From: Lama glama
Taxonomy: Eukaryota
Direction: 5' to 3'
NCBI GenBank assembly: GCA_028534125.1
Contig: CM052816.1
Coordinates: 101,806,001 to 101,866,000 of the forward strand
DNA: 60,000 bases
The notes beneath the pieces were generated by a model. That model had not been told where the DNA came from and searched no databases. It saw only the letters and a list, made by a program, of their open reading frames with translations. The translations under genes were made by a program, and so were the position numbers. This document shows, one piece after another, positions 11,731 to 26,870 of this stretch. The stretch's first letter is position 1. Each line of letters starts with the position of its first letter.

Positions 11731-14700
11731 CCAGCAGCTCCGTCAGGCCTCAGCTCTGCCCAGTCACCAGGGCCTGCTACCTCATCTCACCCTTTCTCTC
11801 CTTTCCCTGTGACCATGGGCGTCACCTGAGGATCTGACTTGGAAGAGGGTCTAGCCCCCCTGAGTGGGGAGCTGGTGGGGAGGCGGGGGCTGTGTGTGGA
11901 GGAGGCCTCTGGAGAGAGATCCCAGCCCCACCGCTTCTCCACCTGGATTCCACTGCGACAAGGGGCAAGCCCACCGTCTCAGCCCCCGGCCCCCCACCAT
12001 CTGCACCTGGTTGCCCGTGGTAACAGGCCAGGGAGAGAAGCTGGCAGGGAGCAGGTGCAGGGGTGTCCATCAGGGAGTTTGCAAAAGTGTGGAGAGAAAG
12101 GGGCCACCAAGGCCTGGAGAGGAGGGATGTTCCAGGGGTGAGAGGGCCCCCAAGGCCCAGCGCTCAAGGAATTACCTCTGGTCCAGCCAGGCATGCAGAT
12201 GCCCGTCCGTGTCCAAGGGCCTCATGCCCCGGCAAGCTGCTGCCCCCACCCGCTGACCCTGTGCTGTCCCCAGAATGGGGCCAAGCCAGCTGAGATGGGC
12301 TTCCGCCAGCACCTATATCCCACCAGCCACACCCTGCGGGCGGCCAGCCCTCTTCCCGCCCAGCTGGCTTCTGAGTGGCAGTGGGAGGTGGGGGGCTGCC
12401 AAGACCCCTGGCCCCACCGCAGCTGTCCTTGCCCTGGGCAGAGCTTGGGGCTGGCTTTGGGCACTGGCTCTGCAGACAGAGCTCAGGTCACAAGGCAGAA
12501 GAGGAGGCATGGCCAGGGCTGCCCACGCCCCAAAATGAACAGGCTCCTGCCTGATCCCTGAGACCCGCCTGGGCCCAGCCCTCACCGCTTCCCTGAACTT
12601 CAGCCATACTGCAGGATCTCCCTGTACAGTCTAAACTACCCACCAACTGGCTGCAGAATTAACCCTTCTCCCACTTCACTGACTCCTGCACCCGTGAAAG
12701 GTCCGCTCGGAACAGACAGAATCTGAGGCACTGTCACAGAGACAGTGGCTGTCCCCGTGCGTCCGCTACTCACACACCCATGAGGGGTGGGGATGAGAAT
12801 GGAAAGGCCGCTTCCCTTCGGGGCTCAGAGTGAAGCTACCACACCCCGCCAGCCCCAACCTGGTACCCGACTTCCTTGCTAAGGGACCTCCGTGTCCTTC
12901 ACACAGAGGAGACTCAGGGCAGGTTGCCAACCTGGGCCGAGCCATGTGCCACAGGGACCCAGCCCCTCCAGCAGCTGCTCAGAGGTCTAGCCATTGAGAG
13001 GTGCCAAGTGTTCAGGGGAGGAACCAGATGACTCCACTGTCTCTGCCTCTGGATGGTGCTGTGATGCCCAAGAGGTGGCAGCCACTTTGCTCCTAGCTCA
13101 GGTGAAGCCAACTCCTCAGGGGACAGGACAAGTGAGCCCAGTGTGTGGGATGCACTGCATGTGGGATGTCCAGGGGTTGGGGTGCAGGACTTCTGCTACC
13201 CAGGTGACTGAGAGAGAAGCCAGGAGCACCACAGGAGGCTGGGTGAAACCCGATTCTGACCAGCTGCAGCTCCTGGAGCAGACAGGTCTGTGTCCACAGT
13301 CCAGCCCCTGCTTTGGATGAACACATGTCTGGTAAAACCTGGCACTATTTCAGTGTCGAGTGGAGAACCCCAGGCTCTGCACTATGTCCTGACCTCCATG
13401 CTCTGGGCAACGCCACCTAGGCCACCCACCTCCAGCCCTGCTCCAGCAGCAAACTGGCTCCTAGGCCCTCAATTCAGAGCCGCCATGCACACTTGTCCTC
13501 TGGAGACGGCTGGCGTGACCACCTACTCCCCTCTGCACTGTGCTCAGAGGTCAGGGTGGAGGGGACATAAATGAGCTTGAGGCCCTATGGGGGCCCCAAG
13601 GAGCAGGAGGCCTCCCATTTCTGCCCACTTCCAGCCCGGACCCCTCAGAGGCCTGCTTAGCAGAGGGGCACAGCTCAGAGCAGGGATCAGTGCCCCCGCA
13701 GGATGGGGCTGGGCTGTTGTGAGGGCCACACACCTGCCAGCCCCGGGTAGGGCCTGGGCGGCAGGGGCCTGGTACACGGCCTAACGGTCCACCCCTGCAT
13801 CTTACTGCCACCAGCTCAGCACCAACCCCGAGAGGTGGCCTGTGGACACGCCCAGATTCCTGTGTGGAAACCTGATCCCCACAGTGATGGTGCCAGGAGG
13901 GGCCTCTGGGTCGTGTGGGCGGGAGCCTCGTGGATGGCATTCCTGCCATCATCAGAGACCTCAGGGCGCTGCCTCGCCCCTTCCCCTGTGCGAGGACCGC
14001 CCAGAAGCAGGTCCTCAGCAGAACCTGGCCCTGGAGCAGAGGAGCCGACAGACGGGAGTCACCTGCGGGCCAGGTCCCTGGCGGCTGTGCACTGGCCGCT
14101 CATGGGCTGCAGGTGGCCGGGGCCTGGGGCCAGGCGAGCGTGACCTGCTGGTGGGCCCTCCTGTCACCAGCGGGGCTGGCATGCCCTCCTGTGAGACAGA
14201 GAGGTCCAGCACGTGGAGGGTCGTCCACCCGGAATGGCCGGGATGTCAGCTGGCTCCACTCACCCCTGCCCCCACTGCCAGGCCCCCTCCGGGTGGCCTT
14301 GGTGGCAATGCTTGGGGGCCCCGAAGCCACATTTGTCCTGGACTTGACAGGAGCCCTGCGGGGCCCCAGCGCACCTCTCCCGACAGCCACTTGCTCCGTG
14401 AAGACTGGGCCTATTTGTGCGTCCCTGGAAGGGAGGGCAGCCTGTGGAGGGGACTCAGCGACCCAGCCTGGCAGGAGGGCGGGAGCGGTGGGGGGCACTC
14501 CAGGGAAGGGAGGGGGAGGGCTTGGTGCTTGGCCTCTGACCCGTGCCCCCCAGCCCAGCTGTGCCTACAAAGCCCTCTGCAATTTTGGCGTCAAATTTAT
14601 GGATCACCCCCCGGTTCCAAACTCTCCTCCCCTTACTTTCAAGAACTGAAAAAGAAACTCCTTGTTTTGCGTTTGGAAGAGACATGACTTCCGTGCTGGA

Positions 14701-16689
14701 AGAGAGTTCCGCCTGCCGACTCCTGACGGCTGCAAACTGTGTTTGCAGAGGAGACTCGGGGCTCTCAGTCTCCTTCTAAACAGCTTGTTCTCTGCACTTG
14801 GGCTGCTGAGAACGGATGGGTCCAGGGTTAGGGTGTCCCACGGGAAGGTGAGAGGAAGCACTTGCGAATAAGACTGCAGAAGCCAGACCAGCAAGCTCTT
14901 CTCTGACCTCCCAGGGAGGTGGCTGCAAGTGAGGGTGTGCGTCCTTCCAAAGCCTGCGCTTGAGGCTCATGGGGAGAGGGATGAAAACTGCCTTTCAGAG
15001 CCCCAGGTTCAGTCAGGCAAGAAGAAACGTCAGGAGTGTGAATCAGCATGCTCGCCTCGTGCAGAGGTGATACTTAGGAAACGAGGCAACCCCAAGATGT
15101 GTAGTTCATCAACTTGTTGATTTTCTACAGAAATAACTTCCCTATTTTCCAAAATGACCTGGCAAGCTTTAGAGGTTTCACACTTCACTGTGGCTCAAAA
15201 AGCGCCAGGATAGCTGCGTTTCCCCAGCCCCCGACGGTGGGGAGGCAGCACCGGCTGCGCCCACAGTTCTCTGGTCACAGGAGTGCGCTTCTCACCTTGC
15301 TCTGAGGTCTGGTGGGCTGGGAGCCCAGGGCTCCGTGGTGATGCCACCAGGCGTCCTGCAGAGGAAACCGCTGTCTACTTCAATCCTCAGGTTGCAGAGC
15401 AAGATGCAACCAGAAAGCGCTCATTAGGGAGAAAAGGAAAAGGGATCTTATTTACATGCATTTTGGACCCATGTGCTCTTCGTTGTAGACAAGGTAGACC
15501 ATTCGGGCTTCCTGTTAAGTGTCCACAATCAGAAGGAAAGTGCACCAGTGTCGGGCTGAGGGGCAGAAACGTTTTGTAAAGCCAGACAAAACCAAAAACA
15601 AAAAGTTACTCCCTTAGCAACCTCACAGCAGCAGGTGTCACGATAAGCACGGCGTCTGCAGTGACACCGAGTTGGGGACCCCAGGTGGATGCAGCTCGAG
15701 GGGCCACACCCAGCCTGTCGTAGGGGCAGCTCCAGGGAGGACAAGCCTGGGGTCTTGTGCTCGGGAGGAGCCCCCAGCGTGGCTGTCATGGGTCTGATCC
15801 ACGTATAAGTTATGAATTTGTAAGTAGACTTGTAAAGAAGCCTCCAGGCATGTAACCTTGAGTTTGCACATCAAGGGACTTGGAGCTTGTCTGCCTGTCA
15901 GTCACCAGCATCCAGTTTACTCACAAATCAATCACATGTGATCAGTTCTGATCAGGTCCTGCCTGGCCCACTGCCCACAGGCAGTGAGCTGAGCACTAGG
16001 AGGTGGAAGGTCTCAGTGCCCCAGGCCGCCCAGGCACCAGGGGCCTCCTGCAGCCAGGGTCATTCACTCTCCCATGCAGCCATGCATCTCCTCAGCCCCC
16101 CGGCCGCACACATGGAGACCACGGGGGACACAGCCCAGCACTGAGGACAACAGCAGGTAGAGGGTCCCCATGCGGCTGGAGGAGCCTCCTCAGGGGGTGA
16201 CTTTGAGCAAACGCCAGGAGAACAGTGACCAGCAGGGCCGGACATGAGAAGGCTGCAGGTGAGTGGGTCACCAGCCCCCAGGAGCCCCCTCCCAGCCCTC
16301 CCGGCTCTCCATCCCACTGCCTGCTCCCCGCCTGACCCCGACGCCGCCCCGTCTGTGAAACAGTCAGTGGAAACGTGGCTGTGAGAAGACACCGCTGTGC
16401 TCACTCCTCTTGCAAAAGCGCTGGCGCCCGAAAATGCCAGGTGCCCCTGAAAATGCCGGGTGCCTCTAGATGTTCAAGTATCGCCAAGCTCTCCCGACAG
16501 CGGCTCAGCCCAGCGGCCACGCCCACCCCTCCCGCACCCTGTCCTGCCCCCTGCTGTCCCCTCCGCCCCTCCCACCACTGCTCTGCCCACACCCTGCTCC
16601 CCGGGACGCGCTCTTCCCACCAGCTCTTCCGGAGCTCCCTCCATTCACACCCTTAGCAACTTCTCAGTTTTGCAGTTTTCTCTGTTCAT

Positions 16690-19600
16690 TTGTGTTTTAT
16701 TTTGAGACACTGTCAAACTTGCAGGAAAGTTACAAGGAGGACACCTGGTCCCTCTGCCCAGAGACCCCGCTGGGCCTCACCGACTGTCCCACAGCCTCCT
16801 CTCTGCCAAGGTCAGTCCCAAGGCTCCGCTTCCCTCTGTCCAGAGGCTCCTTGGTCTCTCCTCGACTCACGACAGGACAAGCTCTCTTGCCAGCTGCCCC
16901 TCAGCCTGGGTTTGCTGGTGTGCCAGGATGTTCAGTGGGACCAGCACAAAGGGGAGCCGCGTCCTCACGCATCCTGCAGGCTGGCACATGAGGTCAGTTT
17001 CTTCCAGGAACAGCGGTGGGGTCACGTTTGGTCACTAGGATGGTGTGTGCTGGGCTTCCCTACTCCATGGTTTTTCCCTTTGTAGTTAATTCATATTTTG
17101 TTGGGAGGCAGTTCAAGTTTAAAAGCTCCTTTTCTCATGCCGCTTTCACCCCTAATTTTAGCATCCACTGATGTTTCTTGCCTGAATTATTACTACAGTG
17201 GTTACCAGCTGGTGACTTTATAATCCGCCTCTTCTCTCTTCAGTCAGCTGTGTGGAATCCCCTCTCCTGGTCGGATTTGTTCATTCATTCATTCACATCA
17301 GTGGGGACTTACGGAATCCTGTTTCACTCGCTGGCTTGTACTCCATCACCACCCTTGCCCACCTTAGTGCTGACACTGCCCCAGAGCTGGCCGGGGGTCC
17401 CCGCAGGCCAGCTCTGTGTCCCAGGCTCGTCTCCGTCTCGCCCGAGCACGGTGAGCTCTCCAGCACCATCATCGCAGCTCCTCTTATCTTTGCTCTGCTC
17501 TGACTCTGGAAGGAGGCCAAAGAGCACCATTCCTTTTCGTCTGGAAACTGAGTGTGAGCTGTGCTGTCTGCTGTGGGGGTGGGAGGAGCCGTCAGTGGAC
17601 GACGCCAGCAAACACACAGTGGTGAGTTCACCAGTGCCTCCAGTTCCAATCCTGCACCTCATGGTCCAGCACAGACAGACTGAGTCTTCCCTTTCGCATT
17701 TGGTAGAAATTGCTTTAAAACGATCTTGGCCTAGATCTTCTCCGTGGAAGGATTTTAACACTGATTCCAACAGTCATGTGACTACTGAGGTTTTCTATTT
17801 CTTCTCCAGTCAATTTTAATAAGCTATATTTCTAGGCACTTATACACTTATGCTTTCAAATTTATTGGTGTGAATTTGTTCATAAAAAGCTCAGGTCATC
17901 GTTGAACACCTGCAGCCTCTGTAACCGTGTTCCCTTCACATTCTTAATACCGTTTGCTGTTTCCCGTGCTCGTCTCCCCAGACCTTTGTGGTTTTATCAT
18001 TTTAAAGGAACTCTGTTGTACGTTTCTCCTCTATTTCACCAATATCTTCTCCTTTATTATTTCCTTCCTTCGATTCTCCCTTTATTTATTTTGCTTTTCT
18101 TTATCAAAATTAATGAACATAATGCTTAGCTCACTGAGTTTCAGCCTTTTTCCTTTTACAAATAAACACTAATGGTTATTTATTTCTAAGTATTGCATTA
18201 GCTGCATCCCACGTATTTTGACTTGTAAATATTTTCTAAATTTTATCATGTTTTCTTCTTTGATCTACGTTATTTACAAAAGTTTTTATTTCTAAATATA
18301 AGGGCTTTCAATTCATCTTTTTTCATGGATTTCCAGCTTAGCTGCCTTGAGGGCTCATCATACGTTCTTCATGATTTTGTCTTTTGAGAGCTACTGAGAC
18401 TTGCTCGTGGACTAACAGGTTCCAATATATTTACAAGTTCCACGTGGGCTTGAAACGATGCGAACTCTGAGTTTCAGAGTGTAGTGCTTCTGTACGTCCA
18501 TTAGATTAACCATTTTTGTATTCTTCAAATCTTCTGTAATGTTTACTAATTTTATTTATTTGATGTATTAAATATTGAGAGAACTGTTTAACATCTTCTC
18601 TCCGATGATGATTCATATGTTTTTCCTTGCAGTCCTGTCGACGTTTTATACTTTCGAGGTTATGTTATTAGAAGCACACAAATTTAAGATTCGTATTTGC
18701 TTGATGAAATAAAAATTTTCGTCATTACTAATTATTGAATGATACTCTTTCATGATCTCCAGTAACGTTTTTCACCCCAAATCAGTTTTTTATGTTAGTA
18801 TAGCTTCATCAGATTTCTTTCAGTTAGTACTTTTTTCCCATTGTATCTTTTTGTGCCTTTTGTAAACAAAAGAGTAACAGAGTAATTCACTCTAATAATC
18901 CTTATCTTTTAGCTGACATCTTTAGTCCATTTACATTTGCTGTAACTAGTGACACATGGCATTTTGTGCTTTTTATTTGATCCACTCTTTCACATTTCCT
19001 TTTTCTCTTTCTTGTCTATTTTTCTTTTGACTGGTTGTATTTTCTCATTCCACTTTTTTCTCTCCACAAGTTTCAAAGTTAAACCTCCTTTCTCTTGTTT
19101 TGATGGTTATCCCGGAAATTTTATTATGAATTAGCTCATCAACTTCCAAAATTAATTAATACAAGAACTGTTGGAATCTTAACTCAAACATGCCTCTTCA
19201 AATGTATGTGCTATCAGAGCTCGGAACTTTTCTTTCTTTCTTTCTTTTTTTTTTTGTTCTTCCAGTATGCCATTATTATTGTTCTATACAATCAATGTTT
19301 ACCTTGATTGACACATATAGTCACCACCTTCTCCCTCATTCCTTCTTGCAAGCCAAATCTACTCTTTCTTCTGCATGAAGTACATCCTTGACAATTTCCT
19401 TTAATAAGTTCTCTTTGGGTTCTCAGCTGCACTTAGTTATTGGTCTATGAGTATTCCTTAATTTCCTGATGGCTGGTTGGTACATTTTGAAAGGTTTCAA
19501 AGATTCTACCTTGTATTTTGGGTGTTATGGTAGGAAGGCTGACTGTGCTCTCCACTGTGCCTGGTGAAAGTGGAAGAGACTGTGTGTTTGGTGGCAGATC

Positions 19601-19700
19601 TTCCCCACTTGACTCTAAATTCCAGGAGGTGGGAACCATGCAGCTCTTCTGTTTACTTGCATTATAACAGGTTGTTAATATGGAACTTTTCCGTCTGAAT
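16690..19700 (-). mobile_element. Old L1 fragments, antisense on plus (several pieces)
   Basis: Starts with an L1M 3'-end-like tttattttgagacactgtcaaacttgcaggaaagttacaag. T-rich 17690-19700 block with antisense ORF2-like motifs (tagctgcatcccac..attttg; ctttagtccatttacattt). Confidence 0.65.
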
Positions 19701-20879
19701 CTGAGCCAAGGACCCAAGATGACAGGTGCCAACTACACGTGTGGCCCAAAGTGAGCTCCCAAGTGACCTCAGCAAGGCTGCAAAGGAGGCACCAGAGGTG
19801 AGAGGTGCTCGAGGCCGGGAGGAGGGCTTCCTTGGAGGGCTGTGCTGTGCATCAGGAGGAGGGTGGGGGGTGGAGGTCCCTCCTTGCCTGGTGCCCAGTG
19901 AGAGGGGCTTCATGATGGCTCCTCAAGGGCCCGCTGTGTGCCTCCTGGGGCTGCTGGGGCACTGGAGGTTGGTGTGTCTCTACACTCAAGAAACCCAAGT
20001 TGGGCTGAGCGTGGGAAGTACCTCATGCCAACCATGGTGGGTCAAATATGCTAATTTCCTGTGGAGCAAATGGAACACAGTGTCTAAACGCTGGCCTGGG
20101 GTGTCCCAGGTCCTCGAGTGAGCCAGGGCACCTCAGAAGAGGCTAGAGGCACCATATGACACCCAGGCTAAGGAAGGAAGGCTGCAGTGAGGCTGGACCC
20201 CAGGGAGGAGCAGCCTCGTGCACCCCCGGCCCCACCGGCTGGAACACCATTGCGGGCGGGCAGAAGGCTCACACTTGAAATGCTTTTAGAGTTTTAACTG
20301 CTTGGCCAGACTGATCACACTAGTATCAGTGCCTGGAAGACACTAAATTACCCAGAAAGCACCAAAAGAGTCTAGGCTGTTCCAGTCCACCCAGGGGCAG
20401 CGAGAGGAGAAGCCAAAGCTGCTTTTTGCTGGCCTTGAGCAGATGTGCCCTCGATGGACGCTGGTACCAGCAGAGTGGACAAATAAGTGAGGGAACCAAC
20501 GCCTTCCCCTCCCCGGGCCAGACTCGGAAGCAATTAAGAGATTATGGGAGAAACAAAACAAGCACGAAATGACCCAGGGTGATCTTTCTGCCTGGGGCCC
20601 GGGGTAGGAGGCGGTGTCCACACAGCAGGGCCGGCTCCCTGCTCTGAATGCCCTGACAAGACCCAGGACAAATGTGTCTGTGCTGGAAATGGCCCGGGGA
20701 GGGGAGGCTGTCTTCCAGGAAGTGACAGTGATGAGGGAAGGGGCTCCCGCAGCAGCTGAATAGCTGGAAGGTGAATGCTGCGCCAGACCACCTCACAGCC
20801 CCAGTGGGGAGGGATCCCCCGAGTGCTCCACATGCAGAGAGGACACTCAGGCCCCAACCCTCCCTCCTCACCACACGGC

Positions 20880-21160
20880 CTCTTAGGCCCTCGACTGCTC
20901 TGACAAAACCCCACTTACTTTCTCATGGTCTGGAGGCCAGAAGCCCACGCTCAGCTTCCAGCCAGGGCTCTTCTCTGGGCTACAGACAGCCACCTCCTGA
21001 CTCTGCCTTCGCACGGGGCAGAGCGCACAGGACAGAGAGCGAGGCAGAGCCCTGGGGCCTCTTCTTACGCAGACGCTGATCCTCCAGGACCTCCTTCCAC
21101 CCTGATGACAGCCTAGAGGCCCCGTCTCCAGTCTAGCCACAGTGGGGACAACACCTGCCC
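20880..21160 (-). mobile_element. MLT1 LTR fragment
   Basis: acttactttctcatggtctggaggccagaag ... ctcttcttac...ccaccctgatgac matches antisense MLT1A/B-like text. Confidence 0.55.
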
Positions 21161-24100
21161 ATCACAGGGCTCATCAGGGAAGGATAACTTCAGTGAAAGC
21201 TGAAAATTGGTACGATTTAGCTTAATAATCGCATACACTCCACTGCCGGGTCACAAGATCGTTAACAGTCTCAAGGAGCCCTTCACTTCTAACATGGCAA
21301 CAAACACAGCATCCTGGGAGGGGGTCTTGGGACATGGCTCACGAAGCGAGGGCTTCTGGACCTGCCCACCAGCTGGGGTGAAGCAGATCCCCAGCCCAGG
21401 CGAGCGCAGTGAAGGGGTCGGGGCGCAGCACCGCTGCCACGGGGCATCTCCAGGTTCCCCCAGGAGCTTCCTCTTCCCTTCTTGGTTTTGCTTACTGACT
21501 AACGCCAGGCCTGGGTGGACCATGGGCACCAGGTCACTGCGTGCAGGTCCCCACTCTGGGCACTTATCCCTCAGACCTAGTGAGTCTCCCAGCTTCTGCT
21601 CTGGGAGGGCCAGCCCAGCTGACTGACCACTGGGCCTGCAAAGGAGGCACTGGGGCTCTGGACAGTGAGATTTGCAAGAGTGGAAAATCCCTCTGCTTGT
21701 ACCAAACAGAAGTTCTTTACAGCTTAGAAGTGCCAGCCCTCATTTGATGCAAAAACCAAACAAATAAATTTAAAACGCCCACTGCCTTTTAAAAATGTAT
21801 GAAAGTCAACACTAACACAAACATTACAAGCAAATTTTCAGGTCATTGTTGCCGTGGAGGCTGGAACTTTCCAGTTCACGTCCTTCTCAAAGCTGACGTT
21901 TTATGGAAGCTTTGATGAAAGTAGTTTACCCATTTCTGAGTCAGGAAGCACAGATTAAGATCCAATTTTTATAGCTTGACTTTTTTCTGACTTCACAGAG
22001 GAAATTAACTCAGGAAAATGTTTTAGACTTCTTAAATTGTACAGTTTGAAGGGGTCGCAGACTTGGGAATCCCCGGGAAGAGAGGGTGACAGAGAAACCA
22101 GGGTCGTTATCTCACGGGACCGTGACAGGCGGGGCCGGCTCTCCCGCAGCCCAGGGCTCAGCAGGCCTGCTGGGCGTCTGCATCAGGGTGGGGGTGGGAT
22201 CCGTGGGGAAGTGGGGAAGTCACTCTGCTTCTGGTTAAGAAGAACCAGGTGTTCAGGTGGACACCCGCACAGCTGCCCCAACTCTTGGAAACAGCAGAAC
22301 CAGAGCCTTTCCAAGACTGCCAACCCTGGCCTCGCTGGGCAGAGCTGGACCCGAGCATGTGACCAGAGAGGAAACGACTCGCCCCCTCCCAAAGTCCCAG
22401 ATGCAGGTGGGAGTGTCTGTGGGAGGAAGGTGAATGGACAGCTCCAGCCAGGCAGCCCCCAACCTGGCCTGAGCTGTCCAAACAGGTCACTGTGTAGGCC
22501 CCTGGGCATGGGGATGGAGACCCCGGATATGGATATGGGGCCTGGGTGTGGGGAGACACAGCCCCAGGAGCTGGAGTCCGGAGTTTCTGAAGGCTGGGCT
22601 GTCTGAGAGGCCTCCTAGTCACCCCTTCGAGGGGTTCTCCCCCCACCTCGGGCCCCCGCGCCGGGCTGTTGTGAGCTCTACTTCATTTGTTTCCAGAGGT
22701 GCATGTCTCTGATGAGACAGAATTCCTGCTGCTCCTTCAGCCTTATCCAAAGTCGGGTCCCTGGGCCACACCAGGCGCACGTGGGCATGGTCGTTTTAGG
22801 CTGTGTGCATTTGTGTGGTCGTTCGCTCACGTGAGAAGCTAGTGGGCTTTCGGCAGTGGTTTCATTAACCCGCGCTGTCTACCCAGCAGCCAGCAGGACT
22901 TGGGCCTCTAGGTCAAGGAGCCTGGATTTCACCTAAGACCACAGCAGTGCTGAAATGATTTTCTTTGCTGTTTTACACATTTGAGTTTTCCCTACCTAAA
23001 AAATCAATGCATTTTCAGTCTGACTTTGGAAACCTGGAAAGTAAAACAAAACTCCTGCGACCTCATCTCAGAGATAACCTCTTAGGCTAACAAGCTTGTG
23101 TGTCAGCTCCGGTGGGGGCCGGGCAGGGTCCACAGAGGGCTATGGGGAGATGCTGACCGCTCACAGGGCTTTCCTCTGGTGAGGTGCAGGGGCCTCCCCA
23201 GCATCCCCACAGCAGGGCCCCCATGGGACCGAAACCCTCCCCTTAAAGGGACACAGGAGGGGCTGTGAGAGGCCTGCACAGGGCCTCCACCCCAAGTCAG
23301 AAAGCTGGCCACAGCCCCTGGTCTCCCTGAAGCCCCGAGGACCCAGCCTCCGGCACTGAGCCCACGCTGACCTGGACCTGCATGCCCACGACCCCACTCG
23401 GAGGTCCCACTGGCCATTGGCACTGACTTTTAATTTGAGCAACTCAAGCCGCTGTGGGGGCTGTCCCTTTCAGCTCCCGCCTGGAGCAGAGGAGCTGGGA
23501 AGCACGCCAGCCCACGTCACACAGAGTACCCCACAATCCGAAGATGTCCTGGTTTTCCTGGGTGCGTCAGAGCCAAGTCCCCGGGCAACCATCCCCAAAA
23601 TCCAGGAAATGCCAAGTGCTTTTGGGGAGCGACAGGACGCTGTGGGCACTGGAAGGGCCCAAACAAAATTCCGGCTGAACAGGGCCAGTGGGACACATGG
23701 GGGAACACAGGACCCCTGGCAGCTGCAGAGATTCGGAGACGGGACCCGCAGGGACCTCGCCACTGCCCACAGAGAAGAGGGGGCAGGCGAGAGTCCTGGT
23801 GCCAGCATGGGGGGGGCACGGACAAGGCCCCACTTCAGATGCAGGAACGCAGCAGCAAGGGGCCCTTAGACGACTCGATGAGGGGGCTGCCTACCGCCTC
23901 TTCCTAGAAGGCCACCAGCCCACACAACCCTCCTGGTAACCTACCTGAGTTCCTCCCTCATGGCACCCACCATTCTCTGCTGTCCTCCAAACTTACTTTT
24001 CCAGAAATGTTTCCTAAGCTTGTGCCTCCAGCCGCGGGGGTCTGGGTGATGGACCCTCAGATGACACACTTCCAGTCCAAAGGGAAAGAGCACAGCGTAC

Positions 24101-25387
24101 GAGGGGAACCGACCTGGGCTGGATGCTGGGTGAACTACAGGCCAGGCCGGGCCGTCAAAGCTCAGCCCCCTATCCCCACCCTGCGGTGCTCCCAGGGCCT
24201 GTGTCGGGCAGACACAGCAGGTGTCACAGGGAGCAGGGACGTCCCCGGGCCAAGCCCCACTCAGCAGACACAGAGTCCTGTGTGCTCCGCCTCCCCTCAG
24301 GGACAGACGGCCTTTCCATGGGACATCTCAGCCCACGCAGACCTACTTTGCCAGCAAGGGGTCCACATCTCCGGGCAGAGTGGGGCACAGGTGAGGGGCT
24401 CCAGGACCCTGGACATTCAGACAGAGGCCAGAGGCAGCCTAAACTGCATCAGAGTTCCCACATGGGGCTGGGGGGCTCTCAGAGGCCCACAGTTGCAGAA
24501 GGGTTTGGGGCTTCTGCTTCATGAAGGAAAATGAAGGCCAAGGTGGGGCCCTTCGAAAGGGCTGGCAAGTGATGGCCTGGCTGGAGCACACAGCAGGCAG
24601 AGCCGCCTAGGGACCCTGGTCTCTCTCAGCAGTCTCTGGGGGAGCCAGGGGTGAAGGCAGGCTGCCCTTCCTCTCCCGGGGCTGAGGAAGCCAAGAAGGT
24701 GCAGTGGCTGAGTCACACCTCAGACACATCGAGTTCGCGGGATTTCCAGGCCTGGCAGCAGGGGTGGGAAGGGGTTCGGGACCGGGTCCACATTGCTCCA
24801 GGGCCCCAGCCTTGCCAGCCGGCCAGCCTCACTGCAGCCCAAGGTGTCTTCTGGCAGCGTGAGGACGTGCAAGTTGACTCCCATTGCCTTTTGACAGAGC
24901 AAGAACTCAGCAGTCTGCCGCAGTCCCCACCATGCCCTACTGCCCCTACCTGCCCTCCTTAAATTTTTATCTTACCTGCTCCCGAAGACCCACAATAATC
25001 ATGATTTTGTGAGAGGTTCGGACCTAATTCCCAGTAACGGCCACGATCACGGGTGGTGACAACCACACTTCCTCCTCGGGAACTCAGCCCGGCCACGTAG
25101 GGAGTGAGGCTTGGCCTGGAGCACTGGGGGAGGGCAGGTACCCAGAGCCACTGCAAGGCTCTGACACACCGGGCCACCTTGTGCAGAGGGGCTGGTGCCC
25201 GGCTGGGACTCAGCTCACGCATCCCCAGGACAGGCAAGGTTGGGAGGAGGCCCCAGAGCCCCAGGGGCAAGTGAGGCCGAGCAGGGTGAGGGCCAGTCCA
25301 TGCCGCCCGCCAGGTCTGCTCCTGTCGCCCAGCCTCAGCACTCCACCTCCGAGTCGTCACCCAGGACGAGAGGCACAGACTGGCTCA

Positions 25388-25690
<303 letters not shown>

Positions 25691-26067
25691 TCAGGTGGAA
25701 ACCTGTCCCAGGCGGTGACCTTACGAGGAGCAATCAGCTTCAGAATGGAGCACCGCCAGGAAGAAAGTGCCATGCAGTACGGAAGGGCATCCATTCCTGA
25801 AGATGCACAAACTCAGAAACCACCAGCCACACCAGCCACTGGAAGGCAGTACTGGGGGGAAAGCACAGAGAGACAGGGGCCAGGCAGCAGGAGAGCTGTG
25901 TGACCCCAGCACGCTTCCTGGCCTCTCTGTGCCAACTCTTTCTGGGGTGGGAGCAACACAATGGCCCTGACGGACAACCTCTGCTTTGTACTGTCAGGGG
26001 CTGAGGCCACACAAAACCACAGAAGAGCCTGCAGCTCCAATCTCAGAAGCTACTTCTCTTTTTAAGT

Positions 26068-26093
26068 TTGATTGATTGATTGATTGATTGATT
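26068..26093. repeat. (TTGA)6.5 microsatellite
   Basis: ttgattgattgattgattgattgatt read directly, next to an antisense L1 tail. Confidence 0.95.
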
Positions 26094-26119
26094 AAATTTA
26101 TGGCTGATTTAAAATTTTC

Positions 26120-26870
26120 TCTTTAATTGAGATGAATTCACATAAAATTGTTTTGAAGTGTACGGTTCGGTGTCACTTAGAACATTCACAGTTTTGTGTT
26201 ACCACCACCTCTGTCAAGTCACAAAATATCTTCATCACCCCAAGTAAGACCCCACCCCCACCAGCATTTCTCTCCATCTTACCCTCCTCTCAGCCCCAGC
26301 CACCATAACCTGCTTCATACCTCTAGGGCTTTAATGTTTCAGACATTCCACGTAAATGAAATCACACAACACAAGGCTTTTCATGCTGGCTTCCTTCACT
26401 TAAGATCATGTGTTCAAGGTTCACCATGGTGCAGCCTTTGTCAGAGCTTCACTCCTTTTCACAGCTGAGTAGTAGTCCACGGCCCATGAACTCTGAGGCC
26501 ACAACTTTACACCATGTTATGTCTCCACCAGCCACACCCCACAGCCTCACCTACACTCGCTATTCTCCTTCATTTTTCATAATAGCTGTTCTCATAGGCA
26601 TGAAGCAGTGTCTCATTGTGGTTTGATTTCCATTTCCTTAACGAACAGTAGAGTTGAGCACCTTTTCATGTGCTGGTGGCCACATCTGTAACTTCTGTGG
26701 AGAAATAGCTACTGAAGCCCTTTGCCCATTTTTAAATTGGGTTGTTTGTCTTTCTGTTGTTGAATTGTAGGCAAGCTTTATATACTTGGGATATTAGATC
26801 CTTATCAGATATACAATTTGCAATTATGTTCTCCCATTCTCTGGTTATCCTGTCACTTTCTGCTGTTTCT
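26120..26870 (-). mobile_element. Old L1 3' end (L1MA/MB-like), antisense on plus
   Basis: tttaattgagatgaattcacata...gttgagcaccttttcatgtgc...ctttgcccatttttaaattgggttgtttgtc...ttctcccattct: typical antisense L1 3' region. Confidence 0.85.

Noticed and set aside
13842..14687. Overlapping 281-aa and 244-aa ORFs
   Set aside because: Intronic GC-rich sequence open in several frames with no domain similarity or supporting exon structure.
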